A DNA stretch of 32,000 nucleotides from Raphidiopsis brookii D9. GTDB lineage: Bacteria > Cyanobacteriota > Cyanobacteriia > Cyanobacteriales > Nostocaceae. Within the stretch, counting starts at the first letter, position 1. Every line of letters begins with the position of its first letter. The stretch spans positions 450,001 to 482,000 of the forward strand of contig ACYB01000035.1 in NCBI GenBank assembly GCA_000175855.1, given 5' to 3'. The notes beneath the pieces are model-generated. The model made no database searches, had not been told where the DNA came from, and was given only the letters and a program-made list of their open reading frames with translations. The translations under genes were made by a program, and so were the position numbers. This document shows positions 1 to 10,072 of the stretch, piece by piece.

Positions 1-2
1 TA

Positions 3-665
3 GCCCTTTTTGCTCCTGCTATAGGTTTGCTAATTGGTGCTATTTTGGGTCTTTTGGATATGCTGTTTGATTACTTAGGAATATCAGCATTAACACAAAG
101 TGTTTTGATAGTCATCATCTGGATAGGGATCACAGGAGGTTTACATTTAGATGGTGCTATGGATACTGCTGATGGTTTAGCAGTGACTGATCCCCAAAGA
201 AGATTAGAAGTCATGGCCGATAGTGCTACGGGTGCTTTTGGTGTCATGGCAGCTCTGGCTATTTTACTGATAAAAATGGCTGCTTTGACAGATATTTCCC
301 AAAATCGCTTTTTTCTTCTAATGGTTGCTTGTGGTTGGGGAAGGTGGGGACAGCAATTGGCTATTTTTCAATATCCCTATCTTAAATCTACTGGTAAGGG
401 AGCATTTCATAAACAGGCCATTCGTCATCAGATGGATTTATTACCTAGTTGGGTTTTGCTTTTGGGTTTTACCTTACTCATTTGGGCTTTTAACCAAGGT
501 AACTTTGTTTTGGTTATATTTACCCTAATTATTGGCAATATTATCTCCTTTATTGTTCCTGCATGGTTTAACCATAAACTGGGTGGACATACGGGAGACA
601 CTTATGGCGCAGTGGTTGAATGGACTGAAGCTCTCTTCCTATGCTGTATGAGTAGTTTGACATAG
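3..665 (+). CDS. cobS: Adenosylcobinamide-GDP ribazoletransferase (cobalamin synthase CobS); 5' end lies outside the window
   Basis: Multi-TM protein with the CobS-typical [12 protein letters not shown] motif and a C-terminal [10 protein letters not shown] motif. The reading frame stays open upstream of the listed TTG at 27 to the window edge (ALFAPAIG...), so the gene is truncated by the window. Confidence 0.85.
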   Translation, partial: ALFAPAIGLLIGAILGLLDMLFDYLGISALTQSVLIVIIWIGITGGLHLDGAMDTADGLAVTDPQRRLEVMADSATGAFGVMAALAILLIKMAALTDISQNRFFLLMVACGWGRWGQQLAIFQYPYLKSTGKGAFHKQAIRHQMDLLPSWVLLLGFTLLIWAFNQGNFVLVIFTLIIGNIISFIVPAWFNHKLGGHTGDTYGAVVEWTEALFLCCMSSLT

Positions 666-712
666 GTAAGGTAGGGGATTATTAGACATTCCCCAACCCT
701 AAACCACACATA

Positions 713-1933
713 CTATGGTGCAAGTGCATTACCACGTAATAAACTGCCAATGGTTTTGGCCGTAATTTTTAACTGGGTGATTGGATTAGCTGGAACTACG
801 GTCTTATATAAATAGCTGTCAAAAGTCAGCTTTTGGACATCCATGTCATCACACATTTCCACAAATGCTTCCCTGGTAGCATCCGAGCGGTAGAACACGG
901 TTTGTAACAGATCCAATACTTTATAGGTAAGTCCGTATTTTTTATCCCAACGCTTAATATAAAGTTTTAATTCCCTTTCACTAGGAATGCGCGCTCCACT
1001 ATTAGACACTTCCACAATGGTCTCCGCACACATTCTTCCAGACTTAGCAGCAAAGTAAATACCTTCACCTGAGGATTTGGTCACATAACCAGCAGCATCA
1101 CCCACTAAAGCAATTCGACCTACTACCCGACGTGGACGGGGATGTTCTGGTATAGGATGGGCTTCTACCTTAATAATTGTACCCCCAGCCAATTTTTCCA
1201 CTGCACGGGCCCGAATACCAGCTTGTAACTGTTTAATACTGGCTTTATTTACATGCATGGTCCCAGTACCCACAGCCACGTGGTCATACTTGGGAAAGAT
1301 CCAAGCGTAAAAATCCGTGGAAACATCATCTCCCACATACATCTCCGCTAGGTTGTTATAGTATGCCATTTTATCTTCAGGAAGACGAATTCTCTCCTGA
1401 AAGGCGATCGCATAATTATAATCCCCAGCATCCATTTCTTTAGCAACACGGGAGTTGGCACCATCTGCACCAATAATTAAATCCACCTTGAGAGTTTTGG
1501 CCACACCAACGGATCCACCCTCATTGTGATCAACATAATGAATTGTATAGGGGTCAGAATTATTATTAGGTATATCTAATTTATGCACAGTGGCATTAAT
1601 TAAGTTAGCACCCAATTTAGCGGCCCGGTTTCTTAAAAAACCATCTAGGACCTCTCTACGACACATCCCTATATATTCTTCTTGGTTAGTGAGATTGATA
1701 TCAACCTCTCGGTTAGAGGGGGAGATCATCTTCATATTGCGTACCCGACGGTCAATAATATCTGCTGGTAGATCAAACTCACTAACCATACAAAGGGGGA
1801 TAGCACCACCGCAAGGTTTAGCATTATCTAACTTACGCTCAAATAAATAAGTTTCAATCCCTGCTTTAGCTAGAGTTTCAGCAGCAGATGAACCAGCTGG
1901 GCCAGAACCCACAACAGCAACTCGTAATGTCAA
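713..1933 (-). CDS. chlP: Geranylgeranyl diphosphate / geranylgeranyl-chlorophyll reductase ChlP
   Basis: 406 aa. It has the N-terminal FAD fold VAVVGSGPAGSSAAE, the KPCGGAIP motif and LVGDAAGYVTKSSGEGIYFA. Length and sequence are typical of cyanobacterial ChlP. Confidence 0.9.
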   Translation of the reverse strand: MTLRVAVVGSGPAGSSAAETLAKAGIETYLFERKLDNAKPCGGAIPLCMVSEFDLPADIIDRRVRNMKMISPSNREVDINLTNQEEYIGMCRREVLDGFLRNRAAKLGANLINATVHKLDIPNNNSDPYTIHYVDHNEGGSVGVAKTLKVDLIIGADGANSRVAKEMDAGDYNYAIAFQERIRLPEDKMAYYNNLAEMYVGDDVSTDFYAWIFPKYDHVAVGTGTMHVNKASIKQLQAGIRARAVEKLAGGTIIKVEAHPIPEHPRPRRVVGRIALVGDAAGYVTKSSGEGIYFAAKSGRMCAETIVEVSNSGARIPSERELKLYIKRWDKKYGLTYKVLDLLQTVFYRSDATREAFVEMCDDMDVQKLTFDSYLYKTVVPANPITQLKITAKTIGSLLRGNALAP

Positions 1934-2164
1934 AGGTTTACTCCTAATCCTTCAATTTACCTAAAGAATCCTAGCACACACCTTCCCGGGTTCGACCTTT
2001 TCGCTCCTAGGTTTTCACATAATTGCAACATTCCTTCATACTTCGTCATAAATACCTAACCTCACTCCCAGCAAAATTGATTAATTGTGATATGGATTGT
2101 GTTATAAATAAATTACATTAACCCTAGTTGCAAACCGTAGATTAGTAAGAGAGGTATAAAGCCA

Positions 2165-3181
2165 GTGGGTATAGTAGTAGAGAACGTGTCTAAATACTTC
2201 GGGAGTTTTCATGCTGTTGAGGATGTGAGCTTAGAAATTGCCAGCGGATCACTAGTAGCTTTACTTGGACCCTCTGGGTCTGGCAAATCCACATTATTGC
2301 GACTAATAGCAGGACTGGAAACACCGGATCGGGGTAAAATCTTTTTGACGGGTAAAGATGCTACCTATCAGAGTGTGCAGGAAAGAAATATTGGTTTTGT
2401 CTTTCAGCACTATGCACTATTTAAACATTTAACTGTCAGACAAAATATAGCATTTGGGTTAGAAATCCGCAAGTTGGCAAAAAAGAAAATTCAGGGTAGG
2501 GTAGAACAATTACTAGATCTAGTTCAATTGAGTGGATTAGGAGAGCGTTATCCCTCCCAACTTTCTGGTGGACAAAGACAAAGAGTAGCTTTAGCAAGAG
2601 CATTAGCGGTAGAACCTAAAGTCCTACTACTAGATGAACCATTTGGAGCCCTGGATGCTAAAGTACGTAAAGACCTGCGTGCTTGGTTGCGTCGTCTCCA
2701 TGAAGAAGTTAGTGTTACCACTGTTTTTGTTACCCACGACCAAGAAGAAGCTATGGAAGTTGCCAATAAAATTGTGATCATCAATCAGGGTAGACTAGAA
2801 CAAATGGGCACCCCTGCAGAAATTTATGATCATCCTGCGTCAGCTTTTGTTATGAGTTTTATTGGTCCTGTTAACGTTTTGCCCAGCTCTGCTCAAATAT
2901 TCCAAGGTAGTGGTTTTGACTCACCTAACCCAGAAGTATTTTTACGTCCCCAAGATGTGATTATAGAAAAAGCTGGTAATGGAACCAATACACCTGCAAT
3001 AGTTCACCGTGTCATTCACCTGGGTTGGGAAGTACAAGTAGAATTGACTTTAGATGATGGACAAACTTTTACTGCCTATTTAAGTCGTGAACGATTTGAT
3101 GAATTAAGTTTAGAATTAAAAGAACGAGTGTATGTAAAACCTAAAGATGCTAAGTCTTTTCCTCTCTATTATTCAATTTGA
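2165..3181 (+). CDS. cysA: Sulfate/thiosulfate-type ABC transporter ATP-binding protein (CysA-like); GTG start
   Basis: Walker [10 protein letters not shown], signature [15 protein letters not shown], Walker [12 protein letters not shown], and a C-terminal TOBE-like regulatory domain. A GAGAGG Shine-Dalgarno-like sequence lies upstream of the GTG. Confidence 0.8.
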   Translation: MGIVVENVSKYFGSFHAVEDVSLEIASGSLVALLGPSGSGKSTLLRLIAGLETPDRGKIFLTGKDATYQSVQERNIGFVFQHYALFKHLTVRQNIAFGLEIRKLAKKKIQGRVEQLLDLVQLSGLGERYPSQLSGGQRQRVALARALAVEPKVLLLDEPFGALDAKVRKDLRAWLRRLHEEVSVTTVFVTHDQEEAMEVANKIVIINQGRLEQMGTPAEIYDHPASAFVMSFIGPVNVLPSSAQIFQGSGFDSPNPEVFLRPQDVIIEKAGNGTNTPAIVHRVIHLGWEVQVELTLDDGQTFTAYLSRERFDELSLELKERVYVKPKDAKSFPLYYSI

Positions 3182-3196
3182 CGTGTTTTATATTGT

Positions 3197-4096
3197 TCAC
3201 TCTCCAGCATGATAGGAACTACGCACTAGAGGACCAGATCGCACGTGGCTAAACCCCATACTTGTTGCTAACTGACCTAATTGTTCAAATTCTGCTGGAT
3301 TCCAATACTTTTGGACTGGTAAATGTTCCCAAGAAGGACGCATATACTGACCTAGGGTAATTCTATCACATCCTACAGCTCGTAGGTCTAGCATGGTTTC
3401 AACTATTTCCTCTTGGGTTTCTCCATGGCCCAACATTAAACCAGACTTAGTAGGGACAGTAGCATCAATTTCCTTAACCGTTGCTAATACATTTAGAGAA
3501 CGATCGTATTTAGCGCCTCGACGCACATAGCCTGTTAACCTGCGTACTGTTTCTACATTATGATTGTAACAAGCAGGTTTAGCACGAACAACAGTGGCTA
3601 TTCTTTGCTTTTGACCTATTTCACCCACACCTGCACCACCCCAAAAATCCGGTGTTAAAACCTCGATTTGGGTTTGTGGATTAAGTAAACGAATGGCCTG
3701 CATAGTCTTGACAAAATGCCCTGATCCTGAGTCCCCTAGGTCATCACGAGCTACAGAGGTGAGTACAACATACTTCAGACCCAACAATTGTACTGCTTCA
3801 GCCACTTTTTGGGGTTCTTCTGTATCTATAGGCATAGGTGAATGGCCTTTATCTACTTGACAAAAAGCACAAGCTCTAGTGCAAGTAGGTCCCATGAGTA
3901 GAAAAGTAGCTGTTTTTTGAGAGTAGCATTCTCCCCGATTAGGACAGCGTCCTTCTTCACAAATAGTATGAATTTGCCGCTGTTTAATAATACGCTGTAC
4001 GGTGGAGATTTCACTAGCTTTACCCAGAGGACGACCTAACCAGCTAGGTAGGGGGATAATTTCTGATTTTGGTTGACTACAACCTGCACTACTCAT
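3197..4096 (-). CDS. lipA: Lipoyl synthase LipA (radical SAM)
   Basis: Auxiliary cluster motif [12 protein letters not shown], radical-SAM motif CTRACAFC, and the C-terminal RSSYHA motif. 299 aa. Confidence 0.93.
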   Translation of the reverse strand: MSSAGCSQPKSEIIPLPSWLGRPLGKASEISTVQRIIKQRQIHTICEEGRCPNRGECYSQKTATFLLMGPTCTRACAFCQVDKGHSPMPIDTEEPQKVAEAVQLLGLKYVVLTSVARDDLGDSGSGHFVKTMQAIRLLNPQTQIEVLTPDFWGGAGVGEIGQKQRIATVVRAKPACYNHNVETVRRLTGYVRRGAKYDRSLNVLATVKEIDATVPTKSGLMLGHGETQEEIVETMLDLRAVGCDRITLGQYMRPSWEHLPVQKYWNPAEFEQLGQLATSMGFSHVRSGPLVRSSYHAGE

Positions 4097-4205
4097 ATTG
4101 CAAAATACTCCGTGTTGGTGTTAACTACTATTAATAGTTTATATTTTTATCGGTAAAAAACCGATTTATTTTCTTTTAATACCCCCTATCCATTATCCAA
4201 AAAAT

Positions 4206-4628
4206 TTACCTGCGAGTAAACTTGGTTTTTTTAGGACAATACTCAGAACAGTCTATAGCTGCTTCCGTAAGGACTATATCTGGTTTGACTGCGCACTTGA
4301 GATAATGGTTATTAGAAAAGAATTTACAGTTTTTGCAGGGGACTTGACTAACTCCATTGACAGTGAATGACATTTTCTCCTCTAAAGCAGAGCGAACTTT
4401 CTGGAGAATTAATAAAAATATTGCCCAGACCATGACCAAGCCTAAAGGACTTAAACTAATAGCTATATCAGAAATACTCAGCCACTGACTTACCCCTTGT
4501 TTTTGACCATTTTCTTGGACACTTTCCCTTTGTTTCAGTCGATAAAATGTCTGATTTGTTGCTAAACTTTCCACCTGAGTTTGTAATATATTTTTTTTAT
4601 ACATATCATTTACCTTTGGTGATAGCAT
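4206..4628 (-). CDS. Hypothetical small membrane protein with a Cys-rich C-terminal domain
   Basis: 140-aa ORF in its own intergenic slot. It has one central hydrophobic helix (LSPLGLVMVWAIFLLIL) and a C-terminal CKNC-x11-C-x16-C-x3-C pattern. The start is uncertain; the internal ATG at MYKKN is also possible. Confidence 0.5.
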   Translation of the reverse strand: MLSPKVNDMYKKNILQTQVESLATNQTFYRLKQRESVQENGQKQGVSQWLSISDIAISLSPLGLVMVWAIFLLILQKVRSALEEKMSFTVNGVSQVPCKNCKFFSNNHYLKCAVKPDIVLTEAAIDCSEYCPKKTKFTRR

Positions 4629-4881
4629 CCATCATCTTCAGGAAATTGCGTATTGCGTATAAGTTTACAAATGTTTTTCATGTTTTGATATTACCCCGAT
4701 GCAGTTTTTAAAAACCCCCATAGAAATTTTCATAATTTCATGATTTTTTCAATTATATGTTTAGCGCAATAAAAGTTCACCTATATCTTTCGATAGGTTT
4801 GATTGTAAATATCCAAATCTCTATCTTAGGAAATAACTTTACAAAAGGTGGGGACTCTCGCGTTATCATGTTGGTGGTTTT

Positions 4882-7881
4882 TCAACTGGGTGGGATTCCC
4901 TCCTCCTCAACAGGACGAATGATTGGTGGAGCGGGGGTAACTTCTGGTCTAAATATTGCTTCTAATGCCGCTTCTAAATTTTGCGCCATGACAATACGGT
5001 TCTCATAAGCTACAATCACTCTAGCTAAGGTGGGTAAACTATTTTGGGTTGCTTCCAAATAAATTGGCTCTACGTACAATAAGGATTTTTGAATGGGAAT
5101 AATTAGAAGATTGCCCTGTACTGCTTTCGATCCTTGACGATTCCATAGGGAAATTTGTTGAGAAATGATGGGATCCTGATTGATCCTAGCTTCTATTTGT
5201 TCTGGACCGTAAATCAACCTTTCTTTAGGAAAATTATATAATAGTAGCTTACCGTAGTTCTCACCGTCAGAACGTGCTGCTAACCAGGCAATTAAATTTG
5301 TTCTTTGTTTTGGCGTGTAGGGAAGTAGTAGGATAAATTCTTCAAAGGGAACACTAGGTAAACTGGTTATCAAATAATAGGGTTCAACTTGACGGGGTTC
5401 TCCGCTATAGATTTCATTGGGAATTTGCCATTGGTCTTCCCGGTTATAAAATACTTGGGGATTGATCACATGATATGTCATTAATCGTTCCGATTGTATT
5501 TTAAACAAGTCCACTGGATAGCGAACATGACTGCGGAGATTTTCAGGCATATTTATCAACGGTTGGAACATTTTAGGGAAAATTCTTGACCAAGTAGTAA
5601 TTAAAGGATCCTCTGGTTTAGCTATATAAAATCTGATGGTACCATTGTAGGCATCAATGATAACTTTTACCGAATTACGAATGTAGTTTATACCATTCTT
5701 ATTGCGATCTGAGTAAGGGTAACTACTACTAGTAGTATAGCCATCAATTACCCAATATAGATAGTTTTTACTATCTTTAATTTGTTGATCTTTATCATTC
5801 AAATTACCATCTGCTGCTACTAAATAGGGTTCGCTATCAAATCTCAAAAAAGGAGCGATCGCCTGAATTCGCTGACTAATATTACGCCTGAATAATATCT
5901 TAGTTTCTGGTAAAAAATCTCGTGTAAAAATCATTGGCCAATCTTTGAAATACATGGCAAATAACCAACGTTTCCACCCAGATCCAATAGTAATTCCCCC
6001 TTGACCATCGTAGGTATTATAAATATTATCTGCACCGCTAGGATAATCTAATTCTTTAACCCTAGTTCCGGTCATGACATGAGTATTGGAAATTTCTCCA
6101 TAATAAATTCGTGGCTCACCAATAGGTATACTCTGATCAATAGCTGCATTAGCTGTAGTTAGAGCTTTACCATTACCACTTATATCTTTGACAAAATATT
6201 CTGGCAACCCTCCAGGTGCAGCTGTATTAACAGGACTAATTGTAAATCCATAACCATGGGTGTAGACTAAACTGCGATTGACCCAAGTTTGTGCTTGGGG
6301 GGGAACAGCATCATAATCTAATTCTCGTGCAGCAATTAGGACTTGACGTTTTTCTGGAACTGTCTGTGGTTGTGTTTGAGTTTCTGTGGTAATTTCTTTT
6401 TTAATCATGTAGCGGTCAATATCCGCATCGGGAAACCGGTAATAGGGACGAATTTGCTGTAATTGACGATTAGTTTTTAAAAGTGGTTCTTGATCCCATA
6501 GTCGAATATTCCTAATAGTTAAATCATTGGCCTTTAGATCGGACCTAGTCAGGTTTTGTTGGGGGTTAAAAGTTTGAGCATCAATGGAGTCTAAATCAAA
6601 TGCTTGACGGGTAAGAGCAATAGTACGTTCTATATAGGGTTTTTCTCTTTCCAGTTCATTGGGTTGTACTACCAGATATTGCATGATGTTGGGTATCATC
6701 CAGTCAGTCAGGATTATTAATCCTGCATAAATCCCTAAGCCATAAATTGCCCATTGATGATGGGGAGATTTGCGATGCCAAAATAAACTTTGCCATAATA
6801 GGTAAAACGCTAAAATAACCGCGCCCACGCAAAGTATGGTATTAGCTGGTAACTGAAAATGCACATCGGTAAAACTAGCGCCAAAACTCACTCCCCGGGG
6901 TGAATACACCAGCTGATAGCGCCCTAACCAATAACTAAAACCTAATCCCAGCATCATCCCACCAGCTAGGGTGAATAAATGACGTTTCTGTTTCGGTGCA
7001 AACCCGGGAAATATACCCTGACTAAGACTATTGCCCGATAGTAAATAGGTAAGAGCAACTGATATGATTCCATATACACATAATCCTAAAAACCAAAAAC
7101 AGAGAATTTCTGCTACTGGTAAAGAAAATACGTAAAAGCTGATATCTTTGCCAAATAAAGGTTCGGTCTGGTTAAAAGCTGTAGGATAAAAGTATAATAA
7201 GACTGTATTCCATCTTTGACATGCTAACCAGCCAAAACCACAACTGATAATTATGGCGATCGCCCACAGCAAAAATTCCCCATACACTAAAATAGCTATC
7301 CCTATCCCTAATGCCAATATAAAATACCTAAATTGAGATATTATCCTGATTAAGATTCGGGGGATTATTTCAGATCTAAATACAATTGTCAAATCAGATA
7401 AATCATCAATTAGGGTACTTGGGTTTCGCCAGTAGCTGATGACCAATTCTCCATACCAGATTAATATTATTCCTATTAACAAGCTCAAACCCAAGGTCAA
7501 TGGTAATAACCAAATGAATTTAATTGGTTGGGTTCCAGTTTCTATGTGTTCTGGTTGATATAGTTGTGGATATTGGGGACTCAAAAACTTTTTGATTCTG
7601 GTACTTAACTTATTTTTTCCTGTAATTGCTGGATCCATCTTCAACTCTTGAGGATATTGCCACTTTTTCGCTAAGGAAAGGTTTCCCCAAAAATATATTA
7701 TGCTCGTCCCAGTAATAATCACCCAGATCATACCCTGAGTTATTAGTCGCACTAGTAAGTTGGGCAAGTAACCCACTTCCTGAAACCAAAAAATTTCTGC
7801 TCCTAAAGAGCACGCTAAGTCTAAACCCAGCCATAACCCCAGGAAAACAATAATAACTTTAACGCACCACTTCCAAAACAT
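4882..7881 (-). CDS. UPF0182-family large integral membrane protein (function unknown)
   Basis: 999 aa. The N-terminal third has about 7 TM helices, followed by a large soluble region with motifs I associate with UPF0182/COG1615 (YYGE...; YPYS; [20 protein letters not shown]). Confidence 0.75.
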   Translation of the reverse strand: MFWKWCVKVIIVFLGLWLGLDLACSLGAEIFWFQEVGYLPNLLVRLITQGMIWVIITGTSIIYFWGNLSLAKKWQYPQELKMDPAITGKNKLSTRIKKFLSPQYPQLYQPEHIETGTQPIKFIWLLPLTLGLSLLIGIILIWYGELVISYWRNPSTLIDDLSDLTIVFRSEIIPRILIRIISQFRYFILALGIGIAILVYGEFLLWAIAIIISCGFGWLACQRWNTVLLYFYPTAFNQTEPLFGKDISFYVFSLPVAEILCFWFLGLCVYGIISVALTYLLSGNSLSQGIFPGFAPKQKRHLFTLAGGMMLGLGFSYWLGRYQLVYSPRGVSFGASFTDVHFQLPANTILCVGAVILAFYLLWQSLFWHRKSPHHQWAIYGLGIYAGLIILTDWMIPNIMQYLVVQPNELEREKPYIERTIALTRQAFDLDSIDAQTFNPQQNLTRSDLKANDLTIRNIRLWDQEPLLKTNRQLQQIRPYYRFPDADIDRYMIKKEITTETQTQPQTVPEKRQVLIAARELDYDAVPPQAQTWVNRSLVYTHGYGFTISPVNTAAPGGLPEYFVKDISGNGKALTTANAAIDQSIPIGEPRIYYGEISNTHVMTGTRVKELDYPSGADNIYNTYDGQGGITIGSGWKRWLFAMYFKDWPMIFTRDFLPETKILFRRNISQRIQAIAPFLRFDSEPYLVAADGNLNDKDQQIKDSKNYLYWVIDGYTTSSSYPYSDRNKNGINYIRNSVKVIIDAYNGTIRFYIAKPEDPLITTWSRIFPKMFQPLINMPENLRSHVRYPVDLFKIQSERLMTYHVINPQVFYNREDQWQIPNEIYSGEPRQVEPYYLITSLPSVPFEEFILLLPYTPKQRTNLIAWLAARSDGENYGKLLLYNFPKERLIYGPEQIEARINQDPIISQQISLWNRQGSKAVQGNLLIIPIQKSLLYVEPIYLEATQNSLPTLARVIVAYENRIVMAQNLEAALEAIFRPEVTPAPPIIRPVEEEGIPPS

Positions 7882-7909
7882 CTACTTTCTGGGAAGAACT
7901 CTTTACATC

Positions 7910-9358
7910 CTACATTTTACTTCTGGTTTTTAAAAACTTTAGACATTCTCCCAGAAAGTTTTGGGGAATCTCTATACTCTCACCCCAGTGTTGATGTATA
8001 TAGGAAGCGTGCACATTGGGTAAATTCCATCCTTCCCATCCCATACTTTCTTCACAGTCATAACGAAAAGTATTAAATAAGGGATATGTGGTTGCACTAT
8101 TTAAACAAGAACGATGAAACTCGTGGCCATAAATATTTTTCCCCCATGGTGTAAAAAACTGTTTTCTAAAACTACTGCGCGACGATAACCTAGAGTTAGT
8201 TTTTTTATCCATTTTCGCTGATGTTGGTATTATTCCTACCATAGACCAGGGTTGATTATCAAAGTCAATGATGCTTTCACATAAATACATTAAACCTCCA
8301 CATTCTGCGATGGTTGGTATTCCGGATAAAATTATATTCTTCACCTGGTGAATTACCTGAATATTAGCCTCTAGTTCTTGAGCAAAGACTTCGGGAAAAC
8401 CACCGCCAAAATACATCCCTTGAATATTGTTAGGTAATTGATCATCATTGATAGGACTCCAAAATACTAATTCTGCTCCCAGTTCCTGTAATAGGTCTAG
8501 GTTGTCTTGATAATAGAAGTTGAAGGCTTTATCCCAGGCTACGGCAATTCTAATTTTATCATCTAATTCTTGAAAATTATTACCACTGAGTCCATTTAAA
8601 TTGCCTGGATTGCTTAATAATTTAGGCTCCTTGAACTGATTCGCTCGCAACAGTGGTAATAATAATTCCCAATCAAAACAATTATCTCCTAACTTTGCCA
8701 ACTGGTCAATCACCCTGTCTAGGGCGGTTAATTCTCCTGTGGGCACTAAACCCAAATGACGATCAGGAATGCTTATATTATCTTCCCTTTTTAATACACC
8801 AACAATAGGTAAACCAACATTTTTTAGGGAACTTTTTAATAAAGATAAATGGCGATCGCTCCCCACCCTATTCAATACCAATCCAGCAATTTTTATTCTG
8901 GGATCTAAATAACAGTAACCATGAGCAATAGCAGCTACAGAACCGGACAGACGACTACAGTCAATCACTAATATGACGGGAACATCTAACAATTTAGCTA
9001 CATGAGCGGTACTGGCAAAATCCACTGGGTAATTAATCCTATCACTTTTATTATCAATAATTAGTGACGAAGCACCTACGCCGTCGAATAAACCCATTAC
9101 TCCTTCAATCAAAGCATATTCAGATTTCTCACTGTGGAGTTTAAAGCATTTTTGAATATACTGTTCAGAGGTCAAAACTGCATCCAAATTACGACAGGGT
9201 TGATTGGTTACATATTGATGAAACATAGGATCAATATAATCTGGACCAACTTTAAAAGATTGAACACTAACTCCCTGACGACATAGGGATGATAAAAGTG
9301 AGAGTGTTACAGTAGTTTTACCCACCCCACTCCGCTCTCCAGCAATAATCACGGTCAT
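7910..9358 (-). CDS. cbiA: Cobyrinate a,c-diamide synthase (CbiA/CobB); an internal segment is out of frame (see findings)
   Basis: N-terminal P-loop IAGERSGVGKTTVT, a CobQ/CobB-type glutamine amidotransferase domain (IAECGGLMYL, GHEFHRS), 482 aa. The conserved LTLGYR motif is only readable in the +1 frame between 8199 and 8131. Confidence 0.85.
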   Translation of the reverse strand: MTVIIAGERSGVGKTTVTLSLLSSLCRQGVSVQSFKVGPDYIDPMFHQYVTNQPCRNLDAVLTSEQYIQKCFKLHSEKSEYALIEGVMGLFDGVGASSLIIDNKSDRINYPVDFASTAHVAKLLDVPVILVIDCSRLSGSVAAIAHGYCYLDPRIKIAGLVLNRVGSDRHLSLLKSSLKNVGLPIVGVLKREDNISIPDRHLGLVPTGELTALDRVIDQLAKLGDNCFDWELLLPLLRANQFKEPKLLSNPGNLNGLSGNNFQELDDKIRIAVAWDKAFNFYYQDNLDLLQELGAELVFWSPINDDQLPNNIQGMYFGGGFPEVFAQELEANIQVIHQVKNIILSGIPTIAECGGLMYLCESIIDFDNQPWSMVGIIPTSAKMDKKTNSRLSSRSSFRKQFFTPWGKNIYGHEFHRSCLNSATTYPLFNTFRYDCEESMGWEGWNLPNVHASYIHQHWGESIEIPQNFLGECLKFLKTRSKM

Positions 9359-9450
9359 GAATTTGATGATTAGATGATTAATAATCCAAAGTACTAAATT
9401 ATAATACCATTACCACTAAACTAATAAACTAATAACCACCTTATTAACAA

Positions 9451-9957
9451 ATGTACTTATATCTAATCCGTCATGGTATTGCTCAAGAACATCAATTAGA
9501 TATTAAAGACGAAGAGCGATCGCTCACTACAGAAGGTAGAAAGAAAACGGAAAAAATTGCCCAAAGACTAATCCAACTGAAATTTAAATTCGATTTAATC
9601 TTAACTAGTCCTTTAGTTCGCGCTAAACAAACGGCAGAAATTCTTATGCAGGCTGGACTGAGTTCCCAATTAGAAACTTCATTACATTTGAGCTGGGAAG
9701 GAAATGTTCACAATTGGATACAAGAATGGTTAGAACGGAGAAGACATGATCAAAAATATGACCAGCAAATTAATTTAGCATTAGTCGGACACGAACCCTG
9801 TTTAAGCAGTTGGGCGGAAATTCTTGTTTGGGGAGAAGCAAAAGAAAAACTCATCCTCAAAAAAGCAGGTATAATAGGAATAGAGGTGCCAAATAATGGC
9901 TCTATAGTGGGTCGTGGTCAAGTGTTTTGGTTGACACCCCCGAAATACCTGTTATAA
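9451..9957 (+). CDS. sixA: Phosphohistidine phosphatase SixA (histidine phosphatase superfamily)
   Basis: N-terminal LIRHGIA (RHG catalytic motif) and LVGHEP near the C-terminus. The 168-aa size is typical of SixA. Confidence 0.75.
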   Translation: MYLYLIRHGIAQEHQLDIKDEERSLTTEGRKKTEKIAQRLIQLKFKFDLILTSPLVRAKQTAEILMQAGLSSQLETSLHLSWEGNVHNWIQEWLERRRHDQKYDQQINLALVGHEPCLSSWAEILVWGEAKEKLILKKAGIIGIEVPNNGSIVGRGQVFWLTPPKYLL

Positions 9958-10072
9958 CAGTTTTTTTGAGCTTTCGCATACAATGGTTGTTAAATCAACA
10001 ACTATTAACTGTGAGGGGGGTCCCTGGTAAGTTAGCTTGTTGCTGATATTTCATAAGGTAAACGGTGTAACC

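Noticed and set aside
325-528. 67-aa plus-strand ORF inside cobS (alternate frame)
   Set aside because: It is nested in the CobS reading frame, which carries the family motifs.
1590-2784. ORFs 1590-1850 (+) and 2548-2784 (-)
   Set aside because: They are antisense to chlP and cysA respectively, with no supporting signal.
4149-4165. Hairpin ATCGGT-AAAAA-ACCGAT between lipA and the 140-aa ORF as a terminator
   Set aside because: The T-rich tract follows it only on the plus strand, where there is no upstream gene. On the minus strand it is followed by an A-run. No functional call is supported.
4757-5008. 83-aa plus-strand ORF at the 3' end of the UPF0182 gene
   Set aside because: Its second half is antisense to the UPF0182 C-terminus, and it has no ribosome-binding site or motif. 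The remaining intergenic part is AT-rich promoter-like sequence.
7610-7834. 74-aa minus-strand ORF nested in the UPF0182 gene, plus ORFs 10287-10484, 16476-16664, 19998-20285, 20701-20895, 25121-25321, 28741-28944, 29836-30125 and 30854-31039
   Set aside because: All are short, overlap longer motif-supported genes (alternate frame or antisense), and show no recognisable domain.
10037-10072. TTG start for citrate synthase at 10037, TTG start for ndhG at 13189, and ATG 19004 for the aminotransferase
   Set aside because: The N-terminal extensions they add (MLLIFHKVNGVT, MVICQISKGSKT, MVTSSYTLQLLKFVTFVTT) are not family-like. Internal starts at 10073, 13225 and 18947 give N-termini that match the families.
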